Assembly: GCA_045564835.1 (NCBI GenBank)
Contig: JBJLGN010000024.1
Span: 6,265-70,264 of the forward strand
Length of the DNA stretch: 64,000 nt
Direction: 5' to 3'
Source of the DNA: Dehalococcoidia bacterium
GTDB lineage: Bacteria > Chloroflexota > Dehalococcoidia > Lucifugimonadales > GCA-002694895
Shown: positions 33,407 to 45,519 of the stretch, in pieces
Numbering within the stretch: the stretch's first letter is position 1
Layout: every line of letters starts with the position of its first letter
Notes under the pieces: generated by a model
Seen by the model: only the letters and a program-made list of their open reading frames with translations
Told to the model about the DNA's origin: nothing
Database searches by the model: none
Program-made: the position numbers and the translations under genes

Positions 33407-34537
33407 TCATCTTTCGTCAATATTAGTATACGGTATATCCAGTTCTCCAACATATTCTAACAAAGGGCGGATTAATATATTATTATCCAATTGTTCGGTA
33501 ACCTGGGCTGTCCATCCTGGAATTCTAGCCAAAGCAAAAATAGAAACAAATATATCGTCTGGTATTTCTAGCAAGTTATATATGGCTCCAGTCCAAAAAT
33601 CAACATTCTCGCATATTCCTTTTTTTTCGTAGGGCTTCATGCATTCTGCTAAAGATTGAAGAATTGAAAACCATTTTGGGTTACCTTTTCTTTTGCTCAA
33701 ATTCTTAGCATCTTTCTTTAAAATCAAAGCCCTTGGATCAGCAGTTTTGTAAACTCTGTGACCAAAACCCATTATTCTGCCCCCATTTGAAAGCAAATCT
33801 TTAACATAATCGACAGTATTACTCTCATCTCCAATATCTTGAGCTTGTTTCATCACCCCTTCTGCTGCACCTCCGTGTGCAGGTCCTTTAAGAGCCGCAA
33901 CTCCTGCTGTTAGAGCTGAATACATATCTGATTGTGTTGAAGCTACAACTCTTGCAGTAAAAGATGACGCATTCAATCCGTGCTCGGCGTGTAAAATCAA
34001 ATCTTTATCAATTAGCTTAGCATCCAAATCGTCTGGTTTTTTGCCAAACAACATATAAAGAAAATTAGCAGAATGAGCAAGATTTTTATTTGGCGGAATA
34101 TATTTTTCGCCGTTTCTCAATCTAACATGAGCAGCAACAATAGTTGGTGCTTTTGCAGTAACAGACAATCCTCTTTGAATATTTGATTCTAAGCTTTCAT
34201 CTTCTAATGTTTCATCAAATGCTGCCAATGCAGATATAGTGGTTCTTAACACATCCATAGGGTGTAAATGCTTAATTGAGTCAATCAAATCAATTGTTTC
34301 TGAACGAATCTCTCTTTTGTCAGCCATCAGCATAGTAATTTGAGATAGTTCAGATTTGTTAGGTAATTTGCCATATATTAATAAATAACTTACTTCTTCA
34401 AAACTAGAATTATTTGCCAATTCGTTAATATTAAATCCGCGATAGTATAATTTCCCGTTTTTACCGTCAACATAACTTGATTTAGTTCTATCTAAATATA
34501 CTTCTTTTAATCCTCTATGAATTTTAACTTCATCCAT
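33407..34537 (-). CDS. gltA: Citrate synthase
   Basis: 376 aa. Motifs are LILHAEHGLNAS, MGFGHRVYK..DPR and a conserved C-terminal block. Confidence 0.9.
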   Translation of the reverse strand: MDEVKIHRGLKEVYLDRTKSSYVDGKNGKLYYRGFNINELANNSSFEEVSYLLIYGKLPNKSELSQITMLMADKREIRSETIDLIDSIKHLHPMDVLRTTISALAAFDETLEDESLESNIQRGLSVTAKAPTIVAAHVRLRNGEKYIPPNKNLAHSANFLYMLFGKKPDDLDAKLIDKDLILHAEHGLNASSFTARVVASTQSDMYSALTAGVAALKGPAHGGAAEGVMKQAQDIGDESNTVDYVKDLLSNGGRIMGFGHRVYKTADPRALILKKDAKNLSKRKGNPKWFSILQSLAECMKPYEKKGICENVDFWTGAIYNLLEIPDDIFVSIFALARIPGWTAQVTEQLDNNILIRPLLEYVGELDIPYTNIDER

Positions 34538-34675
34538 TTTTATCCTCGTACATTATTTTGAAAGGCTTCAATAATACAATTCTACCAAAATTTTAATATT
34601 TTTATGATAGCATAATTGATATATTAATGATTTTAGCTATGTTAATATAACAAAAATTTTTATATTATTATAATT

Positions 34676-35302
34676 ATGAATAACACCGAACAAGACATCC
34701 CAGACATAGTAATAAATAGATTGCCTCTCTACATAAGAACACTAAATGAATTGAAAGCATTAAATCAAACAACAATAAGTTCTGAGCATTTAGGTAATTT
34801 GTTACAAACCACCCCTGCGCAAATAAGAAAAGATTTTAGTCATTTTGGGAAATTTGGTAAGCAAGGAAAGGGATACAATATAGACTATCTATTAGAAGAA
34901 TTAAGGGAAATTTTAAATCTTAATAAATCTTGGAATTCATGTGTGGTTGGCGTGGGAAAACTAGGTGAGGCTGTAATAAATTACCAGGGATTCAAAGATG
35001 AAGGATACCTAATAAAAGTAGCTTTTGATATAGCAATTCCAAAATCCAAAAATATAAATAATATAGAAGTAAAATCCATATCAGATATGAATCAACATAT
35101 AAAAGCTATGGATATTAAAATAGGTATAGTAACAGTCCCTTCTCCAGATGCTCAAGGAGTAATAGACAGACTAGTACAATGTGGTATAAAAGGTATTTTA
35201 AATTATGCGCCAATGAAGCCAATCATACCGAAAAATGTTTCATGCATGAACATAGACCCTGTACTATCTCTCCAATCCATGTCATATTATTTGGATAAAT
35301 AA
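34676..35302 (+). CDS. rex: Redox-sensing transcriptional repressor Rex
   Basis: 208 aa with an N-terminal winged helix (RLPLY.R.L) and a Rossmann GVGKLG motif. Confidence 0.85.
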   Translation: MNNTEQDIPDIVINRLPLYIRTLNELKALNQTTISSEHLGNLLQTTPAQIRKDFSHFGKFGKQGKGYNIDYLLEELREILNLNKSWNSCVVGVGKLGEAVINYQGFKDEGYLIKVAFDIAIPKSKNINNIEVKSISDMNQHIKAMDIKIGIVTVPSPDAQGVIDRLVQCGIKGILNYAPMKPIIPKNVSCMNIDPVLSLQSMSYYLDK

Positions 35303-35303
35303 G

Positions 35304-35546
35304 TTAATTAATTAAAACTGTTAACTTATTTTCACTGATTTCAGAAAAGCCACCTTGTATATCTATATTTTTTTCCTTAGACCCTGAAAATCTAGCTGTT
35401 ATAGTTCCATGATTCAAAGACGTTATAAGACTAGCATGATTTTTTAAGATAGTTATATAGCCATCTTTTGCTGGTAAAGTTACTGAATCCACTTCACTCT
35501 CAAATTCTAATCCGTTTTTTGAAACAATTTTAATTTCAAATGCCAT
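35304..35546 (-). CDS. atpC: ATP synthase epsilon subunit, beta-sandwich domain only (80 aa)
   Basis: Its position is immediately downstream of atpD. The N-terminal domain pattern is present. The stop abuts the rex stop (1 nt apart, convergent), so there is no room for the usual C-terminal helical hairpin. Confidence 0.8.
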   Translation of the reverse strand: MAFEIKIVSKNGLEFESEVDSVTLPAKDGYITILKNHASLITSLNHGTITARFSGSKEKNIDIQGGFSEISENKLTVLIN

Positions 35547-35554
35547 TTGGTTAC

Positions 35555-36952
<1,398 letters not shown>

Positions 36953-36973
36953 CTATTTTTATAATTTTAATAT

Positions 36974-37852
36974 TTAATTTTCTTCAATAGCTGACATTCC
37001 GCCAACCAAATCTAATAATTCTGATGTTATAGTCTCCTGTCTCGCTTTATTCAAATCTAAAGTCAAATCGTCAACAATCTCTAAAGCATTATCTGTAGCA
37101 TTTTGCATTGCAACCATTCTTGCCGCATGTTCGCTTGCAAGTGAGTCTAAAATAGCTCCATAAATTATAGTTAACACGAATTTAGGCGCAAAATCTAAGA
37201 CCAAATCAATTTGATCAGGTTCAAATATATGACTTCCTATTTGTTCGTTATTGGATTCAGTTAAATCTTCAGTAAAAGGAAGTAAATCAACAACTTGTGC
37301 AGTTTGCTTTGCAACACTATTAAAATGTGTATAAATTAATTTTACTGAAGAATATTTATTTCCTATAAATTCGTTAATAACCAATTCTGACAAATTATTT
37401 ATTTCATCAGAATCAAATTCATCTTTAATTTCATATGATTTTATTAAGTTTTTATTCCTAGATACTAAATATTTTTCAATTTTTTTACCGATTGTAATAA
37501 ATGTGGCTGAATCTTCACTTGTTTTATGAGTTTCAAGAACTTTTACCAAATTTCCAAATAACGGTCCCGCCAATCCCCGATTTGAAGAAATCACAACATA
37601 TAATGTTTTCTGTTCTGAATTGGTTTCTCCACCATTAAACAATGGACTGATTTCTGAAAGTAAATCAAAATCAACAGATCCCATAACACTGTTTTTAATT
37701 TGATCATATCCAGCAGAAAATAAATTAAAATCTTCGGCGGAGTTTTGTGCTTTTCGTAATTTAGAAGCAGCAATCATCTGCATAGCTCCAGTTACCTTAG
37801 CAGTGTTGGAAATAGATTTAATTCTTGTTCTTAATTCTTTAGTGCTCGCCAT
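36974..37852 (-). CDS. atpG: ATP synthase gamma subunit
   Basis: 292 aa. Conserved termini (MASTKELRTRIKS..., ...ITSELLDLVGG) and operon position. Confidence 0.9.
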   Translation of the reverse strand: MASTKELRTRIKSISNTAKVTGAMQMIAASKLRKAQNSAEDFNLFSAGYDQIKNSVMGSVDFDLLSEISPLFNGGETNSEQKTLYVVISSNRGLAGPLFGNLVKVLETHKTSEDSATFITIGKKIEKYLVSRNKNLIKSYEIKDEFDSDEINNLSELVINEFIGNKYSSVKLIYTHFNSVAKQTAQVVDLLPFTEDLTESNNEQIGSHIFEPDQIDLVLDFAPKFVLTIIYGAILDSLASEHAARMVAMQNATDNALEIVDDLTLDLNKARQETITSELLDLVGGMSAIEEN

Positions 37853-37858
37853 ATATTA

Positions 37859-39364
37859 TTAGTAACCCATAGATTTTTTGTATTTCAAACTAACTTCATT
37901 AACTGTTTTCTTATCTTCGTCAGACAATTCTCCAGAAGATTTTATAGAGTCTAATACTTTACTCAAATTTGACTCGGAATAATCATACCAACTTAGTTCA
38001 AATTCTTTAACTTTATCTAGTGGAATATCATCAAATATTCCTTCGTTAACCATGTAAAATAAACAAACTTGTTGCTCCATTGATACCGGAGAAGCTTCGT
38101 TTTGTTTTAATAACTCTAAAATTCTTTGTCCTCTGTCTAATTGTTTCTTTGTAGAATCATCTAAGTCAGATGATCCAAATTGGGCAAAACTTTCTAGTTC
38201 TCGAAATTGAGCCATTTCAATTTTTAAACTTGCAGCTACAGATTTCATTGCTTTTGTTTGAGCAGAACTACCAACTCTTGTAACTGAAAGTCCTAAATTA
38301 ACAGCTGGTCTTATTCCAGAGTTAAACAAATCAGGTTCTAAGTATATCTGTCCATCAGTAATCGAAATAACATTTGTAGGAATATATGCTGAAACATCAC
38401 CTGCTTGAGTTTCTATCACAGGAAGCGCAGTCATAGAAGCTCCTCCATAATCTGGTGAGAGGTTAACAGCTCTTTCTAGCAATCTTGAATGTAAGTAAAA
38501 AACGTCACCAGGATAAGCTTCTCTTCCTGGAGGTCTTCTTAATAATAATGACATTTGCCTATATGCCCATGCATGTTTAGTAAGATCATCATAAACAATT
38601 AACACATCTTTACCTTGTGACATGAAATATTCACCTATGGCACAACCTGAATAAGGAGCTAAATATTGGAGAGCAGCAGATTCTGAAGCATTGGCTGTAA
38701 CCACAATAGTGTGATCCATAGCTCCATTAACTTCTAATTGATTTACTATGTTTGCAACTTTAGATGCCTTCTGACCAATAGATACATAAATACATATCAA
38801 ATCTCCACCTTTCTGGTTAATTATTGCATCAATACAAACGGCCGTTTTACCGGTCCCTCTATCACCAATAACTAATTCTCTTTGTCCTCTTCCAATTGGA
38901 ACAAGCCCATCTACAACTTTTACTCCAAATTGAACAGGTTGATTAACTGATTCACGCTCAACAACACCAGGAGCTATTTTTTCAACCTCAATAGTTTCAG
39001 AAGATTTTATATTTCCTTTTCCATCAACTGGTTGTCCCAATGGATTTAAAACTCTACCTATCATTTCAGGAGCAACAGGAACTTCAACTATTCGACCAGT
39101 ACTCTTTACCTCGTCTCCTTCTTTAATCCCAAGATAATCTCCGAGGATAACGACACCTACAGTATCTTCTTCCAAATTCAAGGCTAATCCGAAAACATCA
39201 TTTTCAAATTGAACAATTTCATTGGCTTTAACATTAGACAGTCCTTGTACTCTAGCTACGCCGTCTCCTGCTTCAGTTACTGTGCCGGTCTCTTCGACCT
39301 TTAAATCGTCACCAAATTGTTTGATTTGTTGCTTTATTATTGAAGCTATATCTTCGTTTGCCAT
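37859..39364 (-). CDS. atpA: ATP synthase alpha subunit
   Basis: 501 aa. Walker A GDRGTGKT. Confidence 0.97.
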   Translation of the reverse strand: MANEDIASIIKQQIKQFGDDLKVEETGTVTEAGDGVARVQGLSNVKANEIVQFENDVFGLALNLEEDTVGVVILGDYLGIKEGDEVKSTGRIVEVPVAPEMIGRVLNPLGQPVDGKGNIKSSETIEVEKIAPGVVERESVNQPVQFGVKVVDGLVPIGRGQRELVIGDRGTGKTAVCIDAIINQKGGDLICIYVSIGQKASKVANIVNQLEVNGAMDHTIVVTANASESAALQYLAPYSGCAIGEYFMSQGKDVLIVYDDLTKHAWAYRQMSLLLRRPPGREAYPGDVFYLHSRLLERAVNLSPDYGGASMTALPVIETQAGDVSAYIPTNVISITDGQIYLEPDLFNSGIRPAVNLGLSVTRVGSSAQTKAMKSVAASLKIEMAQFRELESFAQFGSSDLDDSTKKQLDRGQRILELLKQNEASPVSMEQQVCLFYMVNEGIFDDIPLDKVKEFELSWYDYSESNLSKVLDSIKSSGELSDEDKKTVNEVSLKYKKSMGY

Positions 39365-39380
39365 AACTACCCTCCGTTAG

Positions 39381-39914
39381 TTAAACTAGTTCTCTTTTAA
39401 GTTGTTTCAATTTGTTTTTTAAACTGCCATCTATAACTGAATCACCAATTTTAATTACAATTCCACCAATCAGTGATTTGTCTATTTTTTCTTCTATTTG
39501 AGGATCAGATCCAGAAATAGTTTTAGCTACTTCAGTAATTTTATTCTTTAAGTTATCATCAATTTTATAAGGAGATGAAAGTAAAACACGTACTTTATTA
39601 TTTTGTTTTTCATATTCATTTTCAAATTGGTTAGAAATTTCATCAATTAACAAAAAGGATTGATTTTTAGAAAGTAATTTCACAAAATTGAGCTGTAATT
39701 TGTCAAAAGAACTACCAAAAACTTGATCGATTAATTTAAATTTAGTTTCAACTGTAATCTTAGAAGAATCTAAAATCATTTTAAATTCACTATTCTTTGC
39801 AGATTCGCAAATCAAGTTTAGTTTATTTAACCAATCATCAAAATTGTTTTCATCTAAAGCTAATTCAAATATTGCTCTAGCATATCTTTTTGCTGTTTTT
39901 GAATCTTTTGCCAT
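39381..39914 (-). CDS. atpH: ATP synthase delta subunit (OSCP)
   Basis: 177 aa. N-terminal YARAIFELA and operon position. Confidence 0.85.
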   Translation of the reverse strand: MAKDSKTAKRYARAIFELALDENNFDDWLNKLNLICESAKNSEFKMILDSSKITVETKFKLIDQVFGSSFDKLQLNFVKLLSKNQSFLLIDEISNQFENEYEKQNNKVRVLLSSPYKIDDNLKNKITEVAKTISGSDPQIEEKIDKSLIGGIVIKIGDSVIDGSLKNKLKQLKRELV

Positions 39915-39928
39915 TAATCTATTACACC

Positions 39929-40426
39929 TTAACTTTTAATATTTTTTGCTTTTTCAAGGAATGAAGAAATAATTTGATCATGATTTTTCTCCGTCACTTC
40001 TCTTTCGACTATTTTTTCAGCGGCAGATATAGCAAGTCCCGAAAACTCTGATCTTATGTTGTTGATAATCTTTTCTTGCTCCGATTTTATTTCATCAAGA
40101 GCTCTTTTCCTTTCAGTATCAATTTGCTCTTTACTTTTTTCCATTTCAGATTCTTTGATCTTTTTGGCTTGATCTCTTGCCTCTGAGATTAACATTTGAG
40201 ATTCTTCTCTAGCTTTAATCATCAATGATTCATTTACTTCTGTAGTTTTTTCAGCTTCCTGTTTAACCCTTTCAGCAGTCTCCAAGCTTGATTTAATCTT
40301 TTCAGATCTATCTTCTAACATTTTGACCACTGGAGCGTACAAAAACTTCTTTAACAAAATAAAAAGAATAAGAAAACTAATTACCTGAGTTAAGAGGCCA
40401 GGCCAATTAATGCCTAATGCATCCAT
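39929..40426 (-). CDS. atpF: ATP synthase subunit b
   Basis: 165 aa. A single N-terminal TM helix is followed by a long charged coiled-coil. Operon position also supports the call. Confidence 0.85.
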   Translation of the reverse strand: MDALGINWPGLLTQVISFLILFILLKKFLYAPVVKMLEDRSEKIKSSLETAERVKQEAEKTTEVNESLMIKAREESQMLISEARDQAKKIKESEMEKSKEQIDTERKRALDEIKSEQEKIINNIRSEFSGLAISAAEKIVEREVTEKNHDQIISSFLEKAKNIKS

Positions 40427-40462
40427 AAAAAACTCCTAAATTTTTATTAATGTAAAAAAGAA

Positions 40463-40708
<246 letters not shown>

Positions 40709-40742
40709 CTAGATTTTAATTAATAATTTATCACAATTTTCG

Positions 40743-41942
40743 TCAATGATCATCTGAATTATGCTCTACTGTTGAAATAGAAGCAAAAACCAAGGTTAGC
40801 ATTGAAAATATAAGCCCTTGAATTAGTCCTACGAATAACTCGAGGCCTATAAAAGGAATAATTCCGATCAGCGGTAGTAAAAATGCCATGGCAAATAATA
40901 ATACCTCTCCTGCGAATATATTCCCAAATAATCTAAAAGTAAAACTTAATATCTTGGCAAATTCTCCCACTAATTCTAAAATTCCTACAAAGAAATTTAT
41001 TGGGCCATTTTTAAAATTGATAAATTTGCCCGCATGACCTGTTAATCCTAAATATTTAAATCCCCACCAGTGTATACAGAACATAGCGCAAAGAGCTAAA
41101 GCTAATGTTGTATTCATGTCAGAGTTTGTTCCCCTAAAAAACGGAACCAGAATTCCAACTCTATAGTGATCATCAAAATTCTTTACTCCTAATTCTTTTG
41201 CCTTTATTTCTTTAGCATGTGCAAACTCATGCTCCAGCCAATGATGAGAGCATATTACACTTGCTGATTTTGAATCTTTAGAATGCCCGTATCATGTGAG
41301 TCGGCAAACAGTGATGTGTCCGATGATTTTATCGAATAATCTGTTTTCCCGTATCCAAACATTGTGGACGCAAGTATTCCATTAGTTTTATATACATTGA
41401 ATTTAACATTATGACCCAAGTTATCTTTTTCTTCTTGATGGTGGCAATATTCTTCAGCAGATTCAACTCTTCCTATAGTGCCAGTCCCTGGCAAAACCCC
41501 GATCCAGTTTGACACAACAACAAACAAAAAAATGGTCATTACCAGAGGAAAAAATACTTTTCCTTTCTCATCCCCTGCTATTTTCTTACAGGTGTTGTAC
41601 ATTGCTTCTAATGCAAATTCTATTAAGTTTTGCATTCCTTTGGGTATGATTTTCATATCTTTTGTTGCTTTTCTGGATATGATTGTCAATGCCACAATAG
41701 TAAACATTGACATAAGCAAAGTGTTAGTTAGAGGCGCTATTCAAAAAATCAAATATAAAGCCTTTGGCCTTAAAGTAATATAACGTTTCTGCAGGTATAG
41801 AAATATAAGCAAAGGGTGCGCTAAGAAAACCCAAATCTAGGGCTGTTCCTAAGCCTCCGCCTAAAATTGACACTATGAATAGCGATCCTAAAATAAACGG
41901 ATTTAAAATGATTTTAGATAAGTATGAAAAAATTTTATTCAT
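40743..41942 (-). pseudogene. atpB: ATP synthase subunit a, interrupted by at least 2 frame changes
   Basis: There are three collinear pieces in three frames. The N-terminal piece is 41724-41942. The middle piece is 41255-41719 (TNTLLMSMF..IPKGMQNLIEFA..NWIGVLPG). The C-terminal piece is open from 41291 down to 40743 (..FFRGTNSDMNTTLALAL..RLFGNIFAGE). The junction windows are 41724-41740 (+1) and 41256-41291 (-1 or +2). Confidence 0.8.
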
Positions 41943-41948
41943 TTATAT

Positions 41949-42188
41949 TTAATCAGATTTTAATAACAAATTAACTAAATTATATGTCCCCACCCCAGCA
42001 GTAAATATGCCTAGAAGCAACCCCAGCCACCAAAAAAAAGACTTCTGCTTTTGAGAAAGAAAAAAAAACTCGCTATCCAAGACTCCTAACATTGTCCCTC
42101 CTACTATGCATACAACTACAAACCACCCTATGCCAATCAATTGAAAAGCCAAAACCAACTTCCTAGACCCCAAATTAGCTCTCCTCAA
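41949..42188 (-). CDS. AtpZ/AtpI-like small membrane protein upstream of the atp operon
   Basis: 79 aa with two TM helices, at the position of atpI. It contains in-frame A8 and A9 tracts (42032-42039, 42060-42068). Confidence 0.55.
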   Translation of the reverse strand: MRRANLGSRKLVLAFQLIGIGWFVVVCIVGGTMLGVLDSEFFFLSQKQKSFFWWLGLLLGIFTAGVGTYNLVNLLLKSD

Positions 42189-42238
42189 AACTTTTAAATC
42201 CTATCATATCCATTTAACACGGTCAAACAAATACAATT

Positions 42239-42792
42239 TTAAAAATCGTCTAAATCTAATTCTTCCATAAATTCATCAAAAGCAGACAATTTTAATTCTT
42301 TTTGTTCGGATGATTTTTTATCTTTTGTATCTGCATAGGTTTCTGTTGAGCTTAACTCTTCATCATTCTTGTCTAATTCAAGCCCTGCTTTGTCTAAGCA
42401 CTTTGTCTTCAGCATATATTGGAGCATCGGTTCTTACAGCTAATGCCATAGAGCATCACTTGGTCTAGAATCGATTTCTATCAAATCTCCTTTGAAGTCT
42501 ATCACTATCTTAGCCATAAATGTATCTTCATGATTAACATCCCAGACTACCACATGGTCTAATTTGGCTCCAAGAGATTCGAAATGAATTGCATAAAAGA
42601 TCATGAGTCATAGGGACGTGGTACAGATACATCTTCTAGTTTAAGAGCAATTGCCTCTGCTTCGTTAGTCCCGATCCACATTGGAAGATATCTTTTTGAA
42701 TGCTTCTCCTTAAGAATAACTACTCTTTGGTAATTCATTAGACTAACTCTAATACTGTCTATTACCATTTCGAACATTAAAATACCCAACAT
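42239..42792 (-). pseudogene. DUF151 / bifunctional nuclease-family protein, interrupted by about 4 frame changes
   Basis: The pieces read MFEMVIDSIRVS..YLPMWIGTNEAEAIALKLEDVSVPRP | MTHDL | YAIHFESLGAKLDHVVVWDV..IEIDSRPSDA | MALAVRTDAPIYAEDKVL | DKAGLELDK..., spread over three frames. Confidence 0.75.
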
Positions 42793-42951
42793 TAAATTAG
42801 TAAATTATTCTATCAGTATATTTCATTTTTTTAATATGAACAAGGAACCATCTCGCACGAATTTTTATTACTAAACAAATCAGGTTATAAAATCTGTTGA
42901 TTTTATAATTATTTTACTTATCAACAAATACCAGATTTTTTGATTTTATCA

Positions 42952-43769
42952 TTAAAGCTTAATTGCCGCTTCACGAGCAGCGTCACTCAAAATCTTTGCC
43001 ACCTGATGCGTATATTATTGATCTTGAAGAGTTAATTACATAAGGTATATTTTTTGATTTCAATGACAAATTTATCTTTCCTAAGGAACTGATGACTTCG
43101 CCAATGTCTCCTCCCTGGCTTCCTATTCCTGGAATTAAATAAGTTAATTCCCCGCAAATCTTTTTCAATCTTTTTATATCGTCAATATTTGTTGCCCCTG
43201 CAACCAGTCCGACGTTATCTATTTGTGGAATGCCAACGATTTAACATGATAGCTAAGTATTCATAAAAATACTCGACCTCCATATGACGCAGTCCAATTT
43301 TAATTTTTGCAACTCATCTGAAAGTGGGTTTGATGAACGGCACCATACAAATATCCCTTTTTCTCTATATTCAAAAAATGGCTCAAGTGATTCTTCTCCG
43401 CCGTATGGATTAACAGTAACTGCATCAAAGCCCATATTTTCAAAAATTGAATATGCATATTGCTTGCTTGTATTCCCTATATCACCTCGTTTTGCGTCAG
43501 CTATAGTTATGACATCTGAATTTTTAGACTTTATATAATCAACTGTATCGTATAAGAGACATTTAATACCTTCTCAATCCCTCACTTTCATAAAAAGCGA
43601 AATTTGGCTTGTAAGCACATACAAGATCTATAGTACTGTCAATGATTCTTTTATTAAATTCAAACAAATCTTCAATTGGCATTCTAGATTTGTCAGGATC
43701 TAGTCCAACAGTTAAGAATGGAGAGGTTCTTTTTAACGATATTTTCAAGTTTCGTGCACTAAATTCCAA
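42952..43769 (-). pseudogene. pyrF: Orotidine 5-prime-phosphate decarboxylase (type 2), interrupted by about 4 frame changes
   Basis: The pieces read ..LTVGLDPD..AYKPNFAFYESEGL | GIKCLLYDTVDYIKSKNSDVITIADAKRGDIGNT..GFDAVTVNPYGG..SSNP.. | ..EYLAIMLNRW | ..VGLVAGATNIDD..LIPGIGSQGGD..ASGGKDF | SDAAREAAIKL. Confidence 0.8.
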
Positions 43770-43814
43770 TTTGATCCTCGTTATTATTTTGTAGATGTTT
43801 TTACACTTATAGAT

Positions 43815-44824
43815 TTAAATATAACATATATTTGGTCGTTCAATTTCAAGTTTGAAATTATCAAATGATGTTTTTGAAATGTCACCTATGATTTCAAATC
43901 CCACATTGCAAACTAAGTCTGATTTTTGATTTCAAATCGACATAATCACTCAAACTCACCTTTACGATAATGTTGTCAGCAATAGAGGCATCAGGCTTTG
44001 TCGTATTGGAAATAGCAACTGAAGACGAAGGAATCATTATCGCAACATTTCCGCTTACTCAGCATTCATCTACTAACTTGAATTGGCACAGTGTTAATTT
44101 CTAGTGATTTTAGAAGAGTTGGCTTTTGTCAAATATATATTTTGAAAATCCGAATCACCGTGACTTTCAAGTGACAACTCAGAAGATGAAATTTTTTTGG
44201 CAATACTCCCATTTTTTATTATAAATACATTGTCACAAATAGCTGCCATTTCTGAAACATCATGAGACACATAAATTATTGGAATTTTATATTCTGCATT
44301 AATTTTTTTTAAGTAATTCAAAATCATAAGTTTAGAATTCAAATCTAATTCAGACAATGGTTCATCCATTAAAAGTACATTAGGGTTTCTAGCTAAAGCC
44401 CTAGCAATGCTGACTTTTTGTGCCTGGCCTCCTGAAATCTGGTTTGGGAATTTTGGCAACAAATCACTGATATTCATCATGTCAATGATATCTCTCAATG
44501 TTTATTTTGTTCCCAGCTCTTTGTATCCGTAATGTATGTTTTCACTGATATTCATTGAAGGAAACAAATTAGGTTTCTGTGTGACATAACCAATATTGCG
44601 CTTTTCTGGAGGCAGTAAAATTTTCTTTTTCGAATCATAGAATGTCTTCGCCTTGCATCAAAGATATATTACCTGAGTCAGGGTTTGTAAATCCTGCAAT
44701 ACAATTCAACAAAGTAGATTTACCCGATCCGGAAGGGCCAAATATTCCATTAATTTTTTCATCCAGCAGCAAAGTTACAATTTAATACAAAATTATTGTA
44801 AGTTTTCTCAAATTTGATATCCAT
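43815..44824 (-). pseudogene. modC: Molybdate ABC transporter ATP-binding protein, interrupted by at least 4 frame changes and one in-frame TAA
   Basis: The pieces read MDIKFEKTYNNFVLNCNF | LLDEKINGIFGPSGSGKSTLLNCIAGF.. | DSKKKILLPPEKRNIGYVTQKPNLFP..YGYKELGTK * TLRDII..ISGGQAQKVSIARALA..LLMDEP.., followed by a TOBE-like C-terminus in two further frames. Confidence 0.75.
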
Positions 44825-45509
44825 TAAGCTCCATCTATGTCTTTTTTGATCTGATAAACCAGTATGTTATTAACTACTACAGAAAATATACCCAGCACTA
44901 CTGAGCATAGTATCAAGTATGCTTAAATTTTGATCATCGCCTGTTTGAATTGATTGGAATATAGCCAAAGGAATCGTGCGTGAGACTCCCTCAATATTCC
45001 CGGCAAAGATAATTGTAGCTCCAAATTCTCCTAAGTGCCCTTGCAAAACCTAACAGTATGCCTCCTGAGATTCCAAAGAAAGCTTTCTCTCAAGGTTATT
45101 GTAAAAAACATCTTGATGTTACTAGATCCTAGTGACCTCGCTACTTTTCTCCAGATCTCTATCGACTGACTCTAAAGCTATTATAAATGATCTTGCCATA
45201 AGTGGAAATGAAACTAGTGCGCAAGCTAATATGGCAGCAAATTTTGTAAATACTATCTCTATTCCCATTCCTTCTCAATATTTGACCAACAAACCCGGCA
45301 GGACTGAAAGTTATTAATAGAAAGTATCCCAAGACAACTGGGGGCAAAACCAAGGGTAGTGAAATCATTATATCAGTAACAAATTTTAATGATTTGTGCT
45401 TTCGATCTCGTTATTACCACTGATCGAAGACAAAAATGATAGTGGTATATTAATCAAAGTAGCAATTAATGCTATTTCTAATGTTAATATCAAGAGATTG
45501 GGTTACCAT
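44824..45509 (-). pseudogene. modB: Molybdate ABC transporter permease, interrupted by at least 6 frame changes
   Basis: Reconstruction is colinear with my recollection of E. coli ModB: ..SLPLVLPPVVLGYFLL.. | GIEIVFTKFAAILACALVSFPLMARSFIIALESVDRDLEK | VARSLGSSNIKMFFTITL.. | GISGGILLGFARAL | GEFGATIIFAGNIEGVSRTIPLAI... The stop overlaps the modC ATG (TAATG). Confidence 0.75.
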
Positions 45510-45519
45510 GAATTAAAAA

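Noticed and set aside
34558-34571. Palindrome TTGAAAGGCTTCAA in the gltA/rex divergent spacer as a Rex operator
   Set aside because: It has only 5-bp arms and does not match the TTGTGAA-N4/6-TTCACAA type consensus I recall. It is too weak to call.
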